A DNA stretch of 64,000 nt from an uncultured Elusimicrobia bacterium. GTDB taxonomy: Bacteria > Elusimicrobiota > Elusimicrobia > 2-01-FULL-59-12. The first letter of the stretch is position 1. The number at the start of each line of letters is the position of its first letter. Location of the stretch: positions 2,144,001 to 2,208,000 of the forward strand of contig OY969767.1 in NCBI GenBank assembly GCA_963702895.1, in the 5' to 3' direction. Positions 22,441 through 33,074 of this stretch are shown one piece after another. The notes beneath the pieces were generated by a model. That model saw only the letters and a list, made by a program, of their open reading frames with translations. It was not told the DNA's origin and ran no database searches. The translations under genes and the position numbers were made by a program.

Positions 22441-23706
22441 TCATTCGCGGATTTGGCCCGTTCCGTGGACCACGTATTTCGTGGTCGTGAGTTCGCGGGC
22501 GCCCATCGTGCCGCGGGCGTGGAATTTACGCGTGGAAATGCCGATTTCCGCGCCAAGGCCGAAGACACCTCCGTCATGCATACGGGTCGAAGCGTTATGA
22601 AGGACGGCCGCCGAATCCACCTCCGCCAAAAAACGTCGGGCATGGGCCTCGTTCTGCGTGACAATGGCGTCCGTATGACCGGAGCCGTACCGATGAATAT
22701 GCTCGATGGCTTTTTCCAGAGAGTCCACCACGCGAAGGGAGACCGTCAAATCGAGATATTCGGCGGCCCAATCTTCCTCGGTCGCGGGTCGAGCGTGGGA
22801 GATCCATTTTTGTGTTTCTTCATCGCCGCGAATTTCAACCTTGGCCTCCGTATAGGCTTTGCCGATCACAGGAAGGAACGAAGACGCCACTTTGGAATGG
22901 ACGAGCAAGGTTTCCATGGCATTGCAAACACCAGGACGCTGGACTTTGGCGTTCATGGCGATTTTTTCTGCCATCGCCAAATCGGCCTCGTCGTCCACGT
23001 ACACATGGCAGACCCCTTTGCCGTGGCCCAAAACGGGGACTGTCGCGTTTTTCACGACGTGCTGGATCATCTCTTCGGAGCCTCGCGCGATCACAAGATC
23101 CACGAGTTGCGGCAGGCGAATGAGCTCCATGATGCTTTCCCGGTTGGTATCTTCCAAAAGCTGGACGGCGCCTTCCGGAGCGCCCGCCGACTGCAAGGCC
23201 TTATGGATTTGAGCGATCAGGCCACGGTTGGAATTGATCGCTTCCGAGCCCCCGCGCAAGATCACGGCATTGCCGGATTTCAGGCACAGGGCCGCGGCGT
23301 CGACCGTGACATTCGGACGGGACTCGAAAATCATCGCGACCACCCCGAGGGGCACGCGCACTTTCTCAATTCGCAGGCCGTTGGGACGTGTCCAGGACTG
23401 AAGCACCTCCCCGACCGGATCCGGCTGGTCGGCAATTTCCCGAACGCCCTGGGCCATGGCGTGGAGGCCCTTCTCGCTGATCTGCAAGCGGTCGATCAGG
23501 GTTTCCCCCAGGCCGGACTCCCGGGCTGCCTCGACATCGATCTCATTCCGGAAGAGGACGTCCTGGCCACCGGACTCCAGCGCCTGCGCGATGGCCAAAA
23601 GGATCTTGTTTTTTTCGGCACAAGACAGAAGAGCCAGGCGGCGGCTGGCCGCTTTGGCGAGATAAGCTTGACGCGCGACTTGTTCCGTGGTCGATGAAAC
23701 AACCAT
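22441..23706 (-). CDS. proA: Gamma-glutamyl phosphate reductase
   Basis: RVPLGV..IFESRPNVT, PGVCNAMETLLVH, GSGHTDAI, GAEIGIST.KFHARG.MG. Confidence 0.96.
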   Translation of the reverse strand: MVVSSTTEQVARQAYLAKAASRRLALLSCAEKNKILLAIAQALESGGQDVLFRNEIDVEAARESGLGETLIDRLQISEKGLHAMAQGVREIADQPDPVGEVLQSWTRPNGLRIEKVRVPLGVVAMIFESRPNVTVDAAALCLKSGNAVILRGGSEAINSNRGLIAQIHKALQSAGAPEGAVQLLEDTNRESIMELIRLPQLVDLVIARGSEEMIQHVVKNATVPVLGHGKGVCHVYVDDEADLAMAEKIAMNAKVQRPGVCNAMETLLVHSKVASSFLPVIGKAYTEAKVEIRGDEETQKWISHARPATEEDWAAEYLDLTVSLRVVDSLEKAIEHIHRYGSGHTDAIVTQNEAHARRFLAEVDSAAVLHNASTRMHDGGVFGLGAEIGISTRKFHARGTMGARELTTTKYVVHGTGQIRE

Positions 23707-23748
23707 TGGAAATGTATTTTACTATAATGGCTCCATCAAGGAGGTCGT

Positions 23749-24795
23749 ATGAAAAACACCATGGTCTCGCTCAGTCTTGCATTCCCCATCCTTTTGGCGC
23801 TGTCGCAGGTGGCCCGCGCGGAAGAAGCCGCAAAGGCACCAACTCCGATCGCGAAAATCGGTACCACCATTTTGACCGAAGAAGATTTACGCAAAGATAT
23901 GGGCATGAGCCTCTATGAGGCCGAAAATCAGCTTTATCAGATCAAGAAGAACTGGGTCGACCAAAAAGCGAAGGTGCTCCTGATGACCCAAGCCGCCAAG
24001 GACGCGAAACTCTCACTTCAGGAATGGACCAAAAAAGAAATTGATGAGAAAGTGACCCCGCCCACCCAGCAAGAGATTGATCAATGGGCGCCGCGCTTTG
24101 GTGTGCAAGGCAGCACCAAACAGCCAACGGAAGCGGACTATACCGCGATGAAGGAAAAAGCCAAGCAATACCTGCAGCAGCAACGGCGCTCCGCAAAAGA
24201 AACGGAGGTCTATCAGCGGCTGGTGGCCCAAAGCGGTGCTGTCGAGCTCTTATTTGCCAAGCCGGACGCTCCCCATATTGACGTTTCGTATACCGCCGAT
24301 GATCCCGTACGCGGCCCCAAATCAGCCCCGATCACCATCATCGAATTTACGGATTTCCAGTGCCCCTATTGCAAGCGCTCGCAGGACACGCTCAAAAAAG
24401 TCCTGGAAGTCTATGGCGACCAGGTCAAAATCGTTGAAAAGCAGTTTCCCCTGTCCTTCCACAACAGGGCCAAGCCCGCTGCTGAAGCGGTGCTCTGCGC
24501 CAAAGAACAAGGAAAGTTCTGGGAGATGCACAGCAAGGTGTTCCCAAGTCAATCCCTGGAAGACGCTGATTTTACGCGCTTCGCCACCGAGATCGGCCTC
24601 AACATGAAAAAGTTCAACAAGTGCTACACCGAGCACCGGATGGCGCCTCGCATCGACGCGGACATGGCCGAAGGACAGCGCGTCGGCGTCCGGGGCACGC
24701 CGCATTTCTTCATCAATGGCAGACCGATCAATGGCGCTCAGCCTTTTGAGGCGTTCAAGGCCATTATTGATGAAGAGCTAAGTAAGAAGAAGTAA
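23749..24795 (+). CDS. DsbA family thioredoxin-fold protein with N-terminal helical domain
   Basis: Signal peptide, EFTDFQCPYC, GVRGTP.FFING; AAGGAGG RBS. Confidence 0.9.
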   Translation: MKNTMVSLSLAFPILLALSQVARAEEAAKAPTPIAKIGTTILTEEDLRKDMGMSLYEAENQLYQIKKNWVDQKAKVLLMTQAAKDAKLSLQEWTKKEIDEKVTPPTQQEIDQWAPRFGVQGSTKQPTEADYTAMKEKAKQYLQQQRRSAKETEVYQRLVAQSGAVELLFAKPDAPHIDVSYTADDPVRGPKSAPITIIEFTDFQCPYCKRSQDTLKKVLEVYGDQVKIVEKQFPLSFHNRAKPAAEAVLCAKEQGKFWEMHSKVFPSQSLEDADFTRFATEIGLNMKKFNKCYTEHRMAPRIDADMAEGQRVGVRGTPHFFINGRPINGAQPFEAFKAIIDEELSKKK

Positions 24796-24809
24796 GAAAC
24801 GAGACAGGC

Positions 24810-25382
24810 CTAATAAAGACGGCGGGCTCCGGCGTAGTGAAGCTGGTAGTAGGGGTCCGATAAGCGTGTGATGGAGACGCGCTTGCGATCGCCAGGGGCG
24901 TGAATGAATTTATTACTTCCCGCATAGACACCGACGTGTGATATTCCTTTCTTGTAGGTATTCTTAAAAAATACGAGGTCGCCTTCCTTGAGTTCAGCGA
25001 GGCGTACAGGCTTTCCCGAATTGTAGAGGTCACGGCTGGCTCGAGGCACTTTCTTGAGTTGTAAATCCGACCACACGCGCACCACGAGCCCCGAACAATC
25101 CAATCCTTTCGTTTTCGACGTGCCCCCATACCGATAAGGCGCACCATAATACTGGATGGCCTGTTGGGCGATCTGTGTCCCCGTCGGGTTGGTCTTTGTC
25201 GCCGGCCGTCTCACCGTTTGTTTTGGGCGCGATGACTTTCGCGGGACCGCAACGGTCTTTTGGGTGTGGTTTTTCTGGGCGCTGAACCATGGCCGGCGCG
25301 AAGCTCTCGCGGCGTACAAGGGAGATGAAAATCCTGTCTCAAGAAGAAGGAAAAAGCTTAAGAGGACGGCGATTTTTCTCAT
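24810..25382 (-). CDS. NlpC/P60 (C40) cell-wall peptidase
   Basis: PYRYGG...GLDCSG, GDLVFF, SHVGVY, FIHA; TTGACT-N17-TACATT promoter upstream. Confidence 0.92.
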   Translation of the reverse strand: MRKIAVLLSFFLLLETGFSSPLYAARASRRPWFSAQKNHTQKTVAVPRKSSRPKQTVRRPATKTNPTGTQIAQQAIQYYGAPYRYGGTSKTKGLDCSGLVVRVWSDLQLKKVPRASRDLYNSGKPVRLAELKEGDLVFFKNTYKKGISHVGVYAGSNKFIHAPGDRKRVSITRLSDPYYQLHYAGARRLY

Positions 25383-25438
25383 GGGTGCACTAATGTAACG
25401 CCTGAAACTGCAAAAGTCAATCAAAAATACGCCACTTC

Positions 25439-28135
25439 TTATGCTTCGGGCCTCAAGACCAGATCACCAAAAGAACCGGAAACACCTTTGGGGACGTCCA
25501 CCAGGAGGGTCGCGCCTTCTGTGATCTTCCCGCTGACCATGAGTTTGGCCAGCGGATCCAGCACCCGCTTCTGGAGAACACGTTTGAGCGGGCGCGCGCC
25601 GTAAGCTGGATCATACCCTTCTTTCATCAGCGCCGTGCGCGCGCCTGGCGTGAGCTTGAGATGAATATTCTTTTCCGCGAGACGCTTGGCCAGCTGCGCC
25701 AGCTGCAGATCGATGATCCGGGAGAGCTCTTTCTCATCCAGCCGCTGAAAGATCACGGTTTCATCGATCCGGTTCAGAAATTCCGGCCGGAAATGCGCCC
25801 GCAAGGCTTCCTGAATGCGGGGTTTGACGGTTTCAAGATCGGCGACGTCCTGGATCCAGTTAGACCCGATATTGGAGGTCATGATGATGATCGTGTTGCG
25901 AAAGTCGACGGTCCTCCCCTGGCCGTCGGTGAGCCGCCCGTCATCAAGAATTTGGAGGAACAGGTTAAAGACCTCCGGCGCGGCCTTTTCAATTTCGTCA
26001 AAGAGAATCACCGAGTAGGGCCTTCTCCGCACCGCCTCGGTCAGCTGTCCCCCTTCTTCAAATCCCACATAACCCGGAGGCGCTCCGACGAGACGCGCCA
26101 CAGCATGCTTTTCCATATACTCGGACATGTCGATGCGCACCATGGCGCGCTCATCATCAAACAAATAGGAGGCGAGCGCCTTGGCGAGTTCTGTTTTGCC
26201 GACGCCGGTCGGCCCCAGGAAAATAAAGCTGCCGATCGGCCGGTGGGGGTCGGAGAGCCCGGAACGGGAGCGACGGATGGCGTTGGCCACCGCCCCAATC
26301 GCTTCCTCCTGACCGATCACGCGCTCATGCAGGCGTTCTTCGATCTTGAGAAGTTTCTGCATCTCGGTTTCCATCATTCGCGAGACCGGCACACCGGTCC
26401 ACTTCGACACGACTTGGGCGATGTCCTCCTCGTCCACTTCTTCCCGCAGCATGCGCTTGTTCTTCTGCAAATCGCCGAGTTTTTTGTTGAGCCCCTCCAG
26501 CGATTTTTGAAGCTCTGGTATCTTGCCGTACCGAATTTCCGAAGCAGCCCCCAGATCGCCGGAACGTTCCGCGCGCCGTTCTTCCTCGCGCAGGGATTCC
26601 ACCTGCTCTTTGGTTTTACGAAGGGCCGAGATGACCTCCCGCTCTTTTTCCCAGTGGGAGCGCAGGGACGTCGATTGTTCCTTCAAATCGGCGAGTTCTT
26701 TCTCCAGCTTGCGTAATTTGTCATTCCCCCCGGCCACCCTCGTGCCGTCATCCCCGGCAGCCTCTAGCCGGGGATCCATGGATCCCCCCCTTACAGCCGG
26801 GGGGGATGACGTAGGGTAGACCGCGGGGGATGACGGCAGAGAAGCTTCTTTTTTGAGGGCCTGCCGTTCGATCTCAAGCTGGCGGATACGACGTTCCACC
26901 GTGTCGAGCTCCACAGGCAGGGAATCGATCTCCATACGAAGGCGGCTGGCCGCCTCATCAATCAGGTCAATCGCTTTGTCCGGCAGGAAGCGGTCGGCGA
27001 TGTACCGGTTGGAAAGGACGGAAGCCGCGATTATCGCGCTGTCTTTGATGCGGACGCCGTGGTGGACTTCATAACGTTCTTTGAGGCCGCGTAAAATCGC
27101 GATCGTGTCTTCGACGCTCGGCTGGCCCACGTGGACCGGCTGGAAGCGTCTTTCGAGGGCCGCGTCCTTCTCGATATGTTGGCGATACTCATCGAGCGTC
27201 GTGGCCCCGACACAACGGAGTTCGCCGCGTGAGAGCATCGGCTTCAGAAGATTGGCCGCATCCATCGCGCCTTCGGTCGCACCCGCGCCGACGAGCGTAT
27301 GGAGCTCGTCAATAAAGAGAATAATCGCGCCCTGGGCCGAAACGATCTCTTTCAGAACGGCTTTCAAGCGCTCTTCAAACTCACCTCGGTACTTGGCTCC
27401 GGCGATGAGCGCGCCAAGATCGAGACCAATCACTTTTTTGTTCTTGAGCGTCTCCGGCACGTCCCCGGCCACGATGCGCTGGGCAAGCCCTTCCACGATG
27501 GCCGTTTTGCCCACGCCCGGCTCGCCAATCAAAACAGGATTGTTTTTGGTGCGACGCGCCAGGACCTGCACCACGCGCCGGATCTCCTCATCCCGGCCGA
27601 TCACGGGATCGAGCTTATTCTGGCGGGCCATGGCCGTGAGGTCCCGGCCGTAGCGCTCCAAAGCCTGGTATTTCGATTCAGGATCGGGATCGCTGACCCT
27701 CTGCGAGCCTCGGATCCCGGCAAGCGCCTCGAGCACCCCTTGCGACGTGACACCGGCGTCTTGGAGGATCTTCGCAGCTTCCGATGGGACTTTGAGAAGA
27801 GCCAGCAACAAATGTTCGGTCGAAATATAGTCGTCCTGGAGGGCCTTGGCGGCTTCTTCAGCAGCTCCCAAGACCTCATGCATGTCGCGCCCCATATAGA
27901 GCTGCCCCCCGGATACCGCGGGTTTTCGGGCAATCGCCTGTTCCGCCTGTCGGCGAATCGAAGGCAGGGCCGCCTGGCTCTTTTGGAGAACAGCCGCAAC
28001 GACCCCCTCGGGCTGATCCAAGAGTGCGACCAACAGGTGTTCCGGATCCATTGCCTGTTGACCTTTTGATTGGACGAGGCTCTGAGCGCCCTGAAGCGCT
28101 TCCTGAGCCTTGGTGGTGAGTTTATTGATGTTCAT
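25439..28135 (-). CDS. clpB: ATP-dependent chaperone ClpB, with in-frame REP insertion in the M-domain
   Basis: Two AAA+ modules ([16 protein letters not shown]), coiled-coil M-domain, GARPLKR. Confidence 0.97.
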   Translation of the reverse strand: MNINKLTTKAQEALQGAQSLVQSKGQQAMDPEHLLVALLDQPEGVVAAVLQKSQAALPSIRRQAEQAIARKPAVSGGQLYMGRDMHEVLGAAEEAAKALQDDYISTEHLLLALLKVPSEAAKILQDAGVTSQGVLEALAGIRGSQRVSDPDPESKYQALERYGRDLTAMARQNKLDPVIGRDEEIRRVVQVLARRTKNNPVLIGEPGVGKTAIVEGLAQRIVAGDVPETLKNKKVIGLDLGALIAGAKYRGEFEERLKAVLKEIVSAQGAIILFIDELHTLVGAGATEGAMDAANLLKPMLSRGELRCVGATTLDEYRQHIEKDAALERRFQPVHVGQPSVEDTIAILRGLKERYEVHHGVRIKDSAIIAASVLSNRYIADRFLPDKAIDLIDEAASRLRMEIDSLPVELDTVERRIRQLEIERQALKKEASLPSSPAVYPTSSPPAVRGGSMDPRLEAAGDDGTRVAGGNDKLRKLEKELADLKEQSTSLRSHWEKEREVISALRKTKEQVESLREEERRAERSGDLGAASEIRYGKIPELQKSLEGLNKKLGDLQKNKRMLREEVDEEDIAQVVSKWTGVPVSRMMETEMQKLLKIEERLHERVIGQEEAIGAVANAIRRSRSGLSDPHRPIGSFIFLGPTGVGKTELAKALASYLFDDERAMVRIDMSEYMEKHAVARLVGAPPGYVGFEEGGQLTEAVRRRPYSVILFDEIEKAAPEVFNLFLQILDDGRLTDGQGRTVDFRNTIIIMTSNIGSNWIQDVADLETVKPRIQEALRAHFRPEFLNRIDETVIFQRLDEKELSRIIDLQLAQLAKRLAEKNIHLKLTPGARTALMKEGYDPAYGARPLKRVLQKRVLDPLAKLMVSGKITEGATLLVDVPKGVSGSFGDLVLRPEA

Positions 28136-28214
28136 AGAAGCTATAACAGAACTTTAGCCGGAATTGTTCCGTTCCCGTGAGATGTTCATCTGAGTTGGCC
28201 GCCCTTTTGAGTGC

Positions 28215-28307
28215 CGTCATCCCCCCCGGTCGTCAGGGGGGGATCCATCAAATCTAGAGCAACCATGATGGACCCCGGATAACGGATCTCCGGGGTGACG
28301 TCAACAA
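28215..28307. repeat. REP-like GTCA...TGAC double palindrome
   Basis: Reverse complement of 1561-1653. Confidence 0.85.
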
Positions 28308-28318
28308 CAGATTTCCAG

Positions 28319-30439
28319 TTAGCTTTTCGGTTCCACCCATTTGCCGTGCGCTTGAATAAGCTGGATCAGACGATGGTCTGCTTCTTCGGTGGGAATTCCT
28401 TTTTCCACGCACTCTTTGCCGACATACAGATTGATTTTGCCGGGGGCACCCCCGACATAGCCGAAATCCGCGTCCGCCATTTCCCCGGGACCATTCACAA
28501 TGCACCCCATAATGGCGATTTTCACGCCTTTTAAATGGCCGGTCTGCTTTTTGATTCTCTCGGTGGTGCTTTGCAAATCGAAAAGCGTGCGGCCGCAGGA
28601 AGGGCAAGAGACAAACTCTGCCTTGGTGATGCGCACGCCCGCTCCCTGAAGAATGTTGTAGAGGAGCTCTAATTCCTTCCTTGGAGCGATCCCTTGGCCG
28701 GTCTGGACGCTGTCGCCGATGCCATCGGCCAAGAGCGCCCCAAAGGCGATCGAGGCCTCGATCCTTTGGTCCTCAAAAAACTCCCGGCCTGGATAGCGCA
28801 AGTGCAAAGGATAAGAGGGCCGCGCCGATTTTTTCCTGAGAAGAGCGACCGCGAGGCGCACATTGGCGATGAGCTGATGCAGCGTGGGCAACTGGAAGGA
28901 AAGGAGGAGGTCTTGGACCCCTGCCGCTTCCGCATGTTCAATGCCACGCATGAGGTTGCGGGCGGGTTCGAGATACCCCTGGCGGCAGGGACCGGACTCG
29001 AGCATCACCGGGACCCGGGCCGCCACGGAAGCGCGTAAAAATTCCCGAAACTGCCCCTTCCGCTCCGAATCCGAGATCGTAGGGGGAGCGGCGAAAGAAG
29101 CCAGGTGGACGCTGGAAATGCCGACCTTCGCGAGTTCTAAATCGGAGAATCGCCCAAAGAACGCGACGCGGGAAGTCTCAGGGCCAAGGACTTTTCGGCA
29201 GTGGAGAAAGCGCTCAAGATCGGAGGCGCTGGCGATCTCCCAATCGAGGACCTCGGGCACCGTATCGCGACCGGACTTGAGCTCCGCTTCCAGGAACTCG
29301 AGGATCATCTGCGCGGCGTCCTCACCAGAAGCCGCTTGCTTGAGCCAGGGACGAAAGTCGTTGACCACGCGGACAGGGTGGTCCGCCCCGATCTTGAACG
29401 GTCCGATCGACAGCTCGCGCGTCGGGCGCCGCGCGTACTGATAGAAGTTGTCGACATGACGGAGTCCCGCGTCTCGCGTCTCGCGTCCCGCGTCCGATTC
29501 AAGCGCAGGACTCGGGACTCGGGACTCGGGACGTTGTTCTAGACAGGCTTTGACGATCTGCTGCGCCACCGGCATCTCGAACTCCGGATCCTCGGTGAGA
29601 GAGACGCGCACGGTATCGCCGAGGCCGTCGTGGAGCAGACTCCCGATGCCGATGGCGGACTTGATGCGGCCGTCTTCTCCGTAGCCGGCTTCGGTCACCC
29701 CGAGGTGGAGCGGATAATCCATGGCTTCCTCATCCATCCGCGCCACGAGGAGCCGGTAAGCTTCAATCATCACCTTGGCATTGGACGCTTTCATCGAGAG
29801 GATGAGGTCGAAATAGCTGTTTTTCTGGCAAATCCGCACAAACTCAAGGGCCGCCTCGACCATCCCGAGAGGGGTGTCCCCATACCGGTTCATGATCCGG
29901 TCTGAAAGGGAACCGTGGTTGCAGCCAATGCGCATGGACCGGCCCAGCTTCTTGCACTTGAGGACCAGGGGCGTGAAACGTTCTTCGATGCGGGTGAGCT
30001 CCTCCGCATAGTCGTCATCCGAGTACTCGAGTGTTTTAAAGGCTTTTGAATCAGCATAGTTGCCTGGGTTGACCCTGATTTTTTCCACGTGCTGGGCCGC
30101 TTCCATCGCGCAATCAGGATTAAAGTGGATATCGGCCACCAGAGGAATTTTGGAAAAGCCTTTGGCGTTCAAGGATTTGCGAATCTCCTTCAGGGCACGG
30201 GCATCCGCCATTTTGGGGGCTGTGATGCGAACAATTTCGCACCCCGCCTCAATCATGCGGATAGACTGAGCAACGGTGGCGTCCACGTCCGTCGTCGGGG
30301 TGGTCGTCATCGATTGAAGACGGATAGGATTTTCCCCGCCCACACCGACCTGCCCGACTTGAACAACGCGGGTCTTCCTTCGGTGATAGAGGAAAAGATT
30401 GCGGCTATATGATCGCGTTATAGGAAGTGTTGTGGTCAT
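28319..30439 (-). CDS. ispG: HMBPP synthase, long three-domain form, with short repeat insertion
   Basis: IRLQSMTTT, PLVADIHF, RIGCNHGSLS, YPLHLGVTEAG, SCPSCGRT, IMGCIVNGPGEMADAD. Confidence 0.95.
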   Translation of the reverse strand: MTTTLPITRSYSRNLFLYHRRKTRVVQVGQVGVGGENPIRLQSMTTTPTTDVDATVAQSIRMIEAGCEIVRITAPKMADARALKEIRKSLNAKGFSKIPLVADIHFNPDCAMEAAQHVEKIRVNPGNYADSKAFKTLEYSDDDYAEELTRIEERFTPLVLKCKKLGRSMRIGCNHGSLSDRIMNRYGDTPLGMVEAALEFVRICQKNSYFDLILSMKASNAKVMIEAYRLLVARMDEEAMDYPLHLGVTEAGYGEDGRIKSAIGIGSLLHDGLGDTVRVSLTEDPEFEMPVAQQIVKACLEQRPESRVPSPALESDAGRETRDAGLRHVDNFYQYARRPTRELSIGPFKIGADHPVRVVNDFRPWLKQAASGEDAAQMILEFLEAELKSGRDTVPEVLDWEIASASDLERFLHCRKVLGPETSRVAFFGRFSDLELAKVGISSVHLASFAAPPTISDSERKGQFREFLRASVAARVPVMLESGPCRQGYLEPARNLMRGIEHAEAAGVQDLLLSFQLPTLHQLIANVRLAVALLRKKSARPSYPLHLRYPGREFFEDQRIEASIAFGALLADGIGDSVQTGQGIAPRKELELLYNILQGAGVRITKAEFVSCPSCGRTLFDLQSTTERIKKQTGHLKGVKIAIMGCIVNGPGEMADADFGYVGGAPGKINLYVGKECVEKGIPTEEADHRLIQLIQAHGKWVEPKS

Positions 30440-30462
30440 CAATTGATTCGCCTGTACTAAGA

Positions 30463-30578
30463 CGTCACCCCGGTGAAAACCGGCCCTCCACACATCCGGC
30501 GGGCCGTCCGCCCTGCCGTGTGGCGGACGGGGTCTATCCTATTTTCTTGATGGATCCCGGCTTTCGCCGGGATGACAA
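30463..30578. repeat. REP-like palindrome with nested double hairpin
   Basis: gtcaccccggtgaaaac[cg...cg]gggtcta...tggatcccggctttcgccgggatgac. Confidence 0.8.
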
Positions 30579-30658
30579 CACAAGAAAGGAACGGTTTCTC
30601 AGTCGATCTACAGGATTATCAGGTCAAAAGCCGAATCGATCCTTCGACGGTAATTATA

Positions 30659-31978
30659 TCAAAGCCTCGTCCAGTGAAGCGTCCAACGATCCTTTTTAGG
30701 CCCGTCGGCCCAGACCACCGCCGCTTGGCCGGGCGCCAGGGGAATGACTTGCGGACGGGAAGGTTTCGAAAGGCGGTCCACGAGAAGCCTCCCCTTCGGA
30801 CCAAAGATCCGATGACCCTTTTGATCAATTTTCTGAGCGTAGAGGCCAACGGTCGCCCTACGATTATCCACCCAAGCCGCCCACACGCTCCGGTCTTGAT
30901 CAAGGGCTAAAGCGATCTTGCCTTGGTCTCCGGCCGCGGGCGCGATCGCGATTTCCCCGCCACCCCAGGCCGGCGTTCCATCCCCCTTGAGGTGATGGAG
31001 CTGGGCTTGATAGTGCTTCTCGTCACGATAGTCTTCCCAAGCGATCCAGGTGCCGCCTTCGGCGTCGCCGGCGAGCACGGGGTTCCATTGGTTCGACGCG
31101 TTGGGCGGGCCAGAAGCCAACTTCCCATTCTCCCACTGAAGAACGCCCTTGGGCCCAACCTTCTGGAGAAAGGTTTGCATGACTTGTCGCTGGGGCGCAG
31201 TCCAAGTCAGAACGGCTTCGCCCGTTCCGAGCGGGACCATCATCGGAAATTCTGATGTCCCGACGGGCGCGAAGACTTTGACACCCTCCAAGCCCCAAAG
31301 AAGGTTCCCTTCAAAATCAATCCGCTGAACGCGCATTTCGGAAGCCTGGTTCACTTCATCCCGCCAAGCGATGATCAGGCCCGACATGTTGTCGAAAATG
31401 ACACGGGGGTTGGTTTGGTGCGACGCGCGCAAGCTGATCCGGAGGCCGCCGCTCGCCCAGACGGGATCTCCCTTGACCGAGAGTCGCTGCGCTTTCAACA
31501 CAGAGCGGCCAGAAGGATGTTTTTCCCCCCAAACGACCAGAGTCCCGCCCTGAGCATCATTGGTCGCGTCCGGCTGTGAAACAGTCATGCTGGATAAGTG
31601 GAGAGCTTTCGGAGTTTTCTTGAGCCCATCCGGGCCAAAGCGCTGAAAATGAATACCATCGGGCTCATCCCAAAAAAGCAAAAGCCCCCCGCGGCCATCC
31701 GCCAGGCCGCTCCAGTCCTTGGGGGAAAGAAGGTGCTCAGCGGCCAGGATCCCGGACGGCGAGCCCCAGGCAGGTTGTCCGCCTGACGAAAGATGTTGGG
31801 CGTAAAGGGAAGTTCCCCGGCCCACCTTGTCTTCGGCCCACACCAGATAAAAACCTCCGGCATCATCTTCAAACCCTCGGAATGAGATGATCTTCCCTTG
31901 AACATGGATCGGTGGCGGCGGGGCGGACCAAAGAGGCGGCACAAGGCTGACGAGAATCAAAACCAGAAACTTGGTCAT
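30659..31978 (-). CDS. Secreted repeat (probable beta-propeller) protein
   Basis: Signal peptide; repeated DGxGG..(L/V)xW.(D/E)...YAQ....G...W units. Confidence 0.7.
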   Translation of the reverse strand: MTKFLVLILVSLVPPLWSAPPPPIHVQGKIISFRGFEDDAGGFYLVWAEDKVGRGTSLYAQHLSSGGQPAWGSPSGILAAEHLLSPKDWSGLADGRGGLLLFWDEPDGIHFQRFGPDGLKKTPKALHLSSMTVSQPDATNDAQGGTLVVWGEKHPSGRSVLKAQRLSVKGDPVWASGGLRISLRASHQTNPRVIFDNMSGLIIAWRDEVNQASEMRVQRIDFEGNLLWGLEGVKVFAPVGTSEFPMMVPLGTGEAVLTWTAPQRQVMQTFLQKVGPKGVLQWENGKLASGPPNASNQWNPVLAGDAEGGTWIAWEDYRDEKHYQAQLHHLKGDGTPAWGGGEIAIAPAAGDQGKIALALDQDRSVWAAWVDNRRATVGLYAQKIDQKGHRIFGPKGRLLVDRLSKPSRPQVIPLAPGQAAVVWADGPKKDRWTLHWTRL

Positions 31979-32019
31979 AAGGGCTGTTTCCATTTTATAA
32001 TCTACAGGCACCCCGCACT

Positions 32020-32493
32020 ATGCCAAATCAATCGTTCATCACCCGCAAGGGCTACGACAAGCTTCAGAAAGACCTTGAGGGGCTCAAGAAGAAGCGTCCT
32101 CTCATCGCGAAGACGATTCAGGAAGCGCGCGAAAAGGGCGATCTCAAGGAGAACGCGGAGTACCATGCCGCCAAAGAAGAGGCGGCCCATAATCAGCGCC
32201 GCATTCATGAGATTGAAGTGAAGCTCAGCGGGGCGCGGATCCTGGAGGACCAGGGCGAGATCCCTTCGGACAAAGCCTACATCGGGGCGACCGTCGCGGT
32301 GAAAGACGATGCCGGTGAAGAGATGCTCTTTACCCTGGTCGATACCGCGGAGTCTGATCCGTCCAGCGGAATGATTTCCATTTCTTCGCCGATTGGCCAG
32401 GCTTTGCTCGGCCAGCCCGAGGGAGTCAAGGTGAAAGTTCCCGTCGGCAAAGCCGGCTACTTCCTTCACATCCTCAAGATTACACGCGACTAA
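32020..32493 (+). CDS. greA: Transcription elongation factor GreA
   Basis: AREKGDLKENAEYHAAKEE, ISISSPIGQALLG. Confidence 0.95.
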   Translation: MPNQSFITRKGYDKLQKDLEGLKKKRPLIAKTIQEAREKGDLKENAEYHAAKEEAAHNQRRIHEIEVKLSGARILEDQGEIPSDKAYIGATVAVKDDAGEEMLFTLVDTAESDPSSGMISISSPIGQALLGQPEGVKVKVPVGKAGYFLHILKITRD

Positions 32494-32514
32494 CCGAATC
32501 CACAGCGGCGGCAG

Positions 32515-32610
32515 ACTACAGTAACGGGGTATCGGGGTATCGGTGTAATGGCTGTGACTCCGTTACTCCGTTACTCCGGTACTCCGATACCCCGGTACTC
32601 CGATACGGGA
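32515..32610. repeat. Octamer (TATCGGAG / CTCCGATA) fold-back repeat
   Basis: Same family as the inserts in bioF and the leaders of array genes. Confidence 0.85.
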
Positions 32611-32678
32611 CTATACCAGTGCCAACGCTCCGGAGTGCCGACGTTCTATCTCAGGGGTGACGACCTAACGAATGACGG

Positions 32679-33074
32679 CTAGCGGGCGCCCGTGCGGTAA
32701 AGATCAATGCGGTCCTGGGCGACTTTGGCGTGTTGGCCCTCGGGGTACTTCTCGAGATAGGCCTGGTAGCCTTCAATCAAGATTTCCCTCGACACGCCGG
32801 GCGTATCCTGGAGGCATTGCAGGTAAGAAAAATAAGATTTTTCCGCGAGGGGATGCTGGGGATAGTTCTGGGCAACCCGAAGAAAATAGGTCGTCGCCTC
32901 CTGAAGATTCTGCATGAGGTAATAGCCTTGGCCGATATAATACGTGGCCCGCATCACGCCTTTTTCCTTCCGGTGCCGGTCCAGATAAGACAAAACCTTC
33001 CCGTTCTGGAGGACATCGTTGAAATAAATCATGCCTCCCATGAGGAGCGCGAAAAAAAGTGCAATGCTTTTCAC
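32679..33074 (-). CDS. TPR/BamD-like small exported protein
   Basis: ATYYIGQGYY...YPQHPLA, YQAYLEKYPEG helical repeats. Confidence 0.7.
   Translation of the reverse strand: MKSIALFFALLMGGMIYFNDVLQNGKVLSYLDRHRKEKGVMRATYYIGQGYYLMQNLQEATTYFLRVAQNYPQHPLAEKSYFSYLQCLQDTPGVSREILIEGYQAYLEKYPEGQHAKVAQDRIDLYRTGAR

Noticed and set aside
22334..22444. nadD starting at the ATG overlapping the proA stop
   Set aside because: That ATG is in a different frame and hits a stop inside the heptamer array; repeat-length slippage cannot be excluded but is not demonstrable here
22453..23697. 414-aa + strand ORF (similarly 5357-6676, 1647-2627, 25661-26716, 41804-42946)
   Set aside because: Mirror-frame shadows of well-supported genes, as expected in GC-rich DNA
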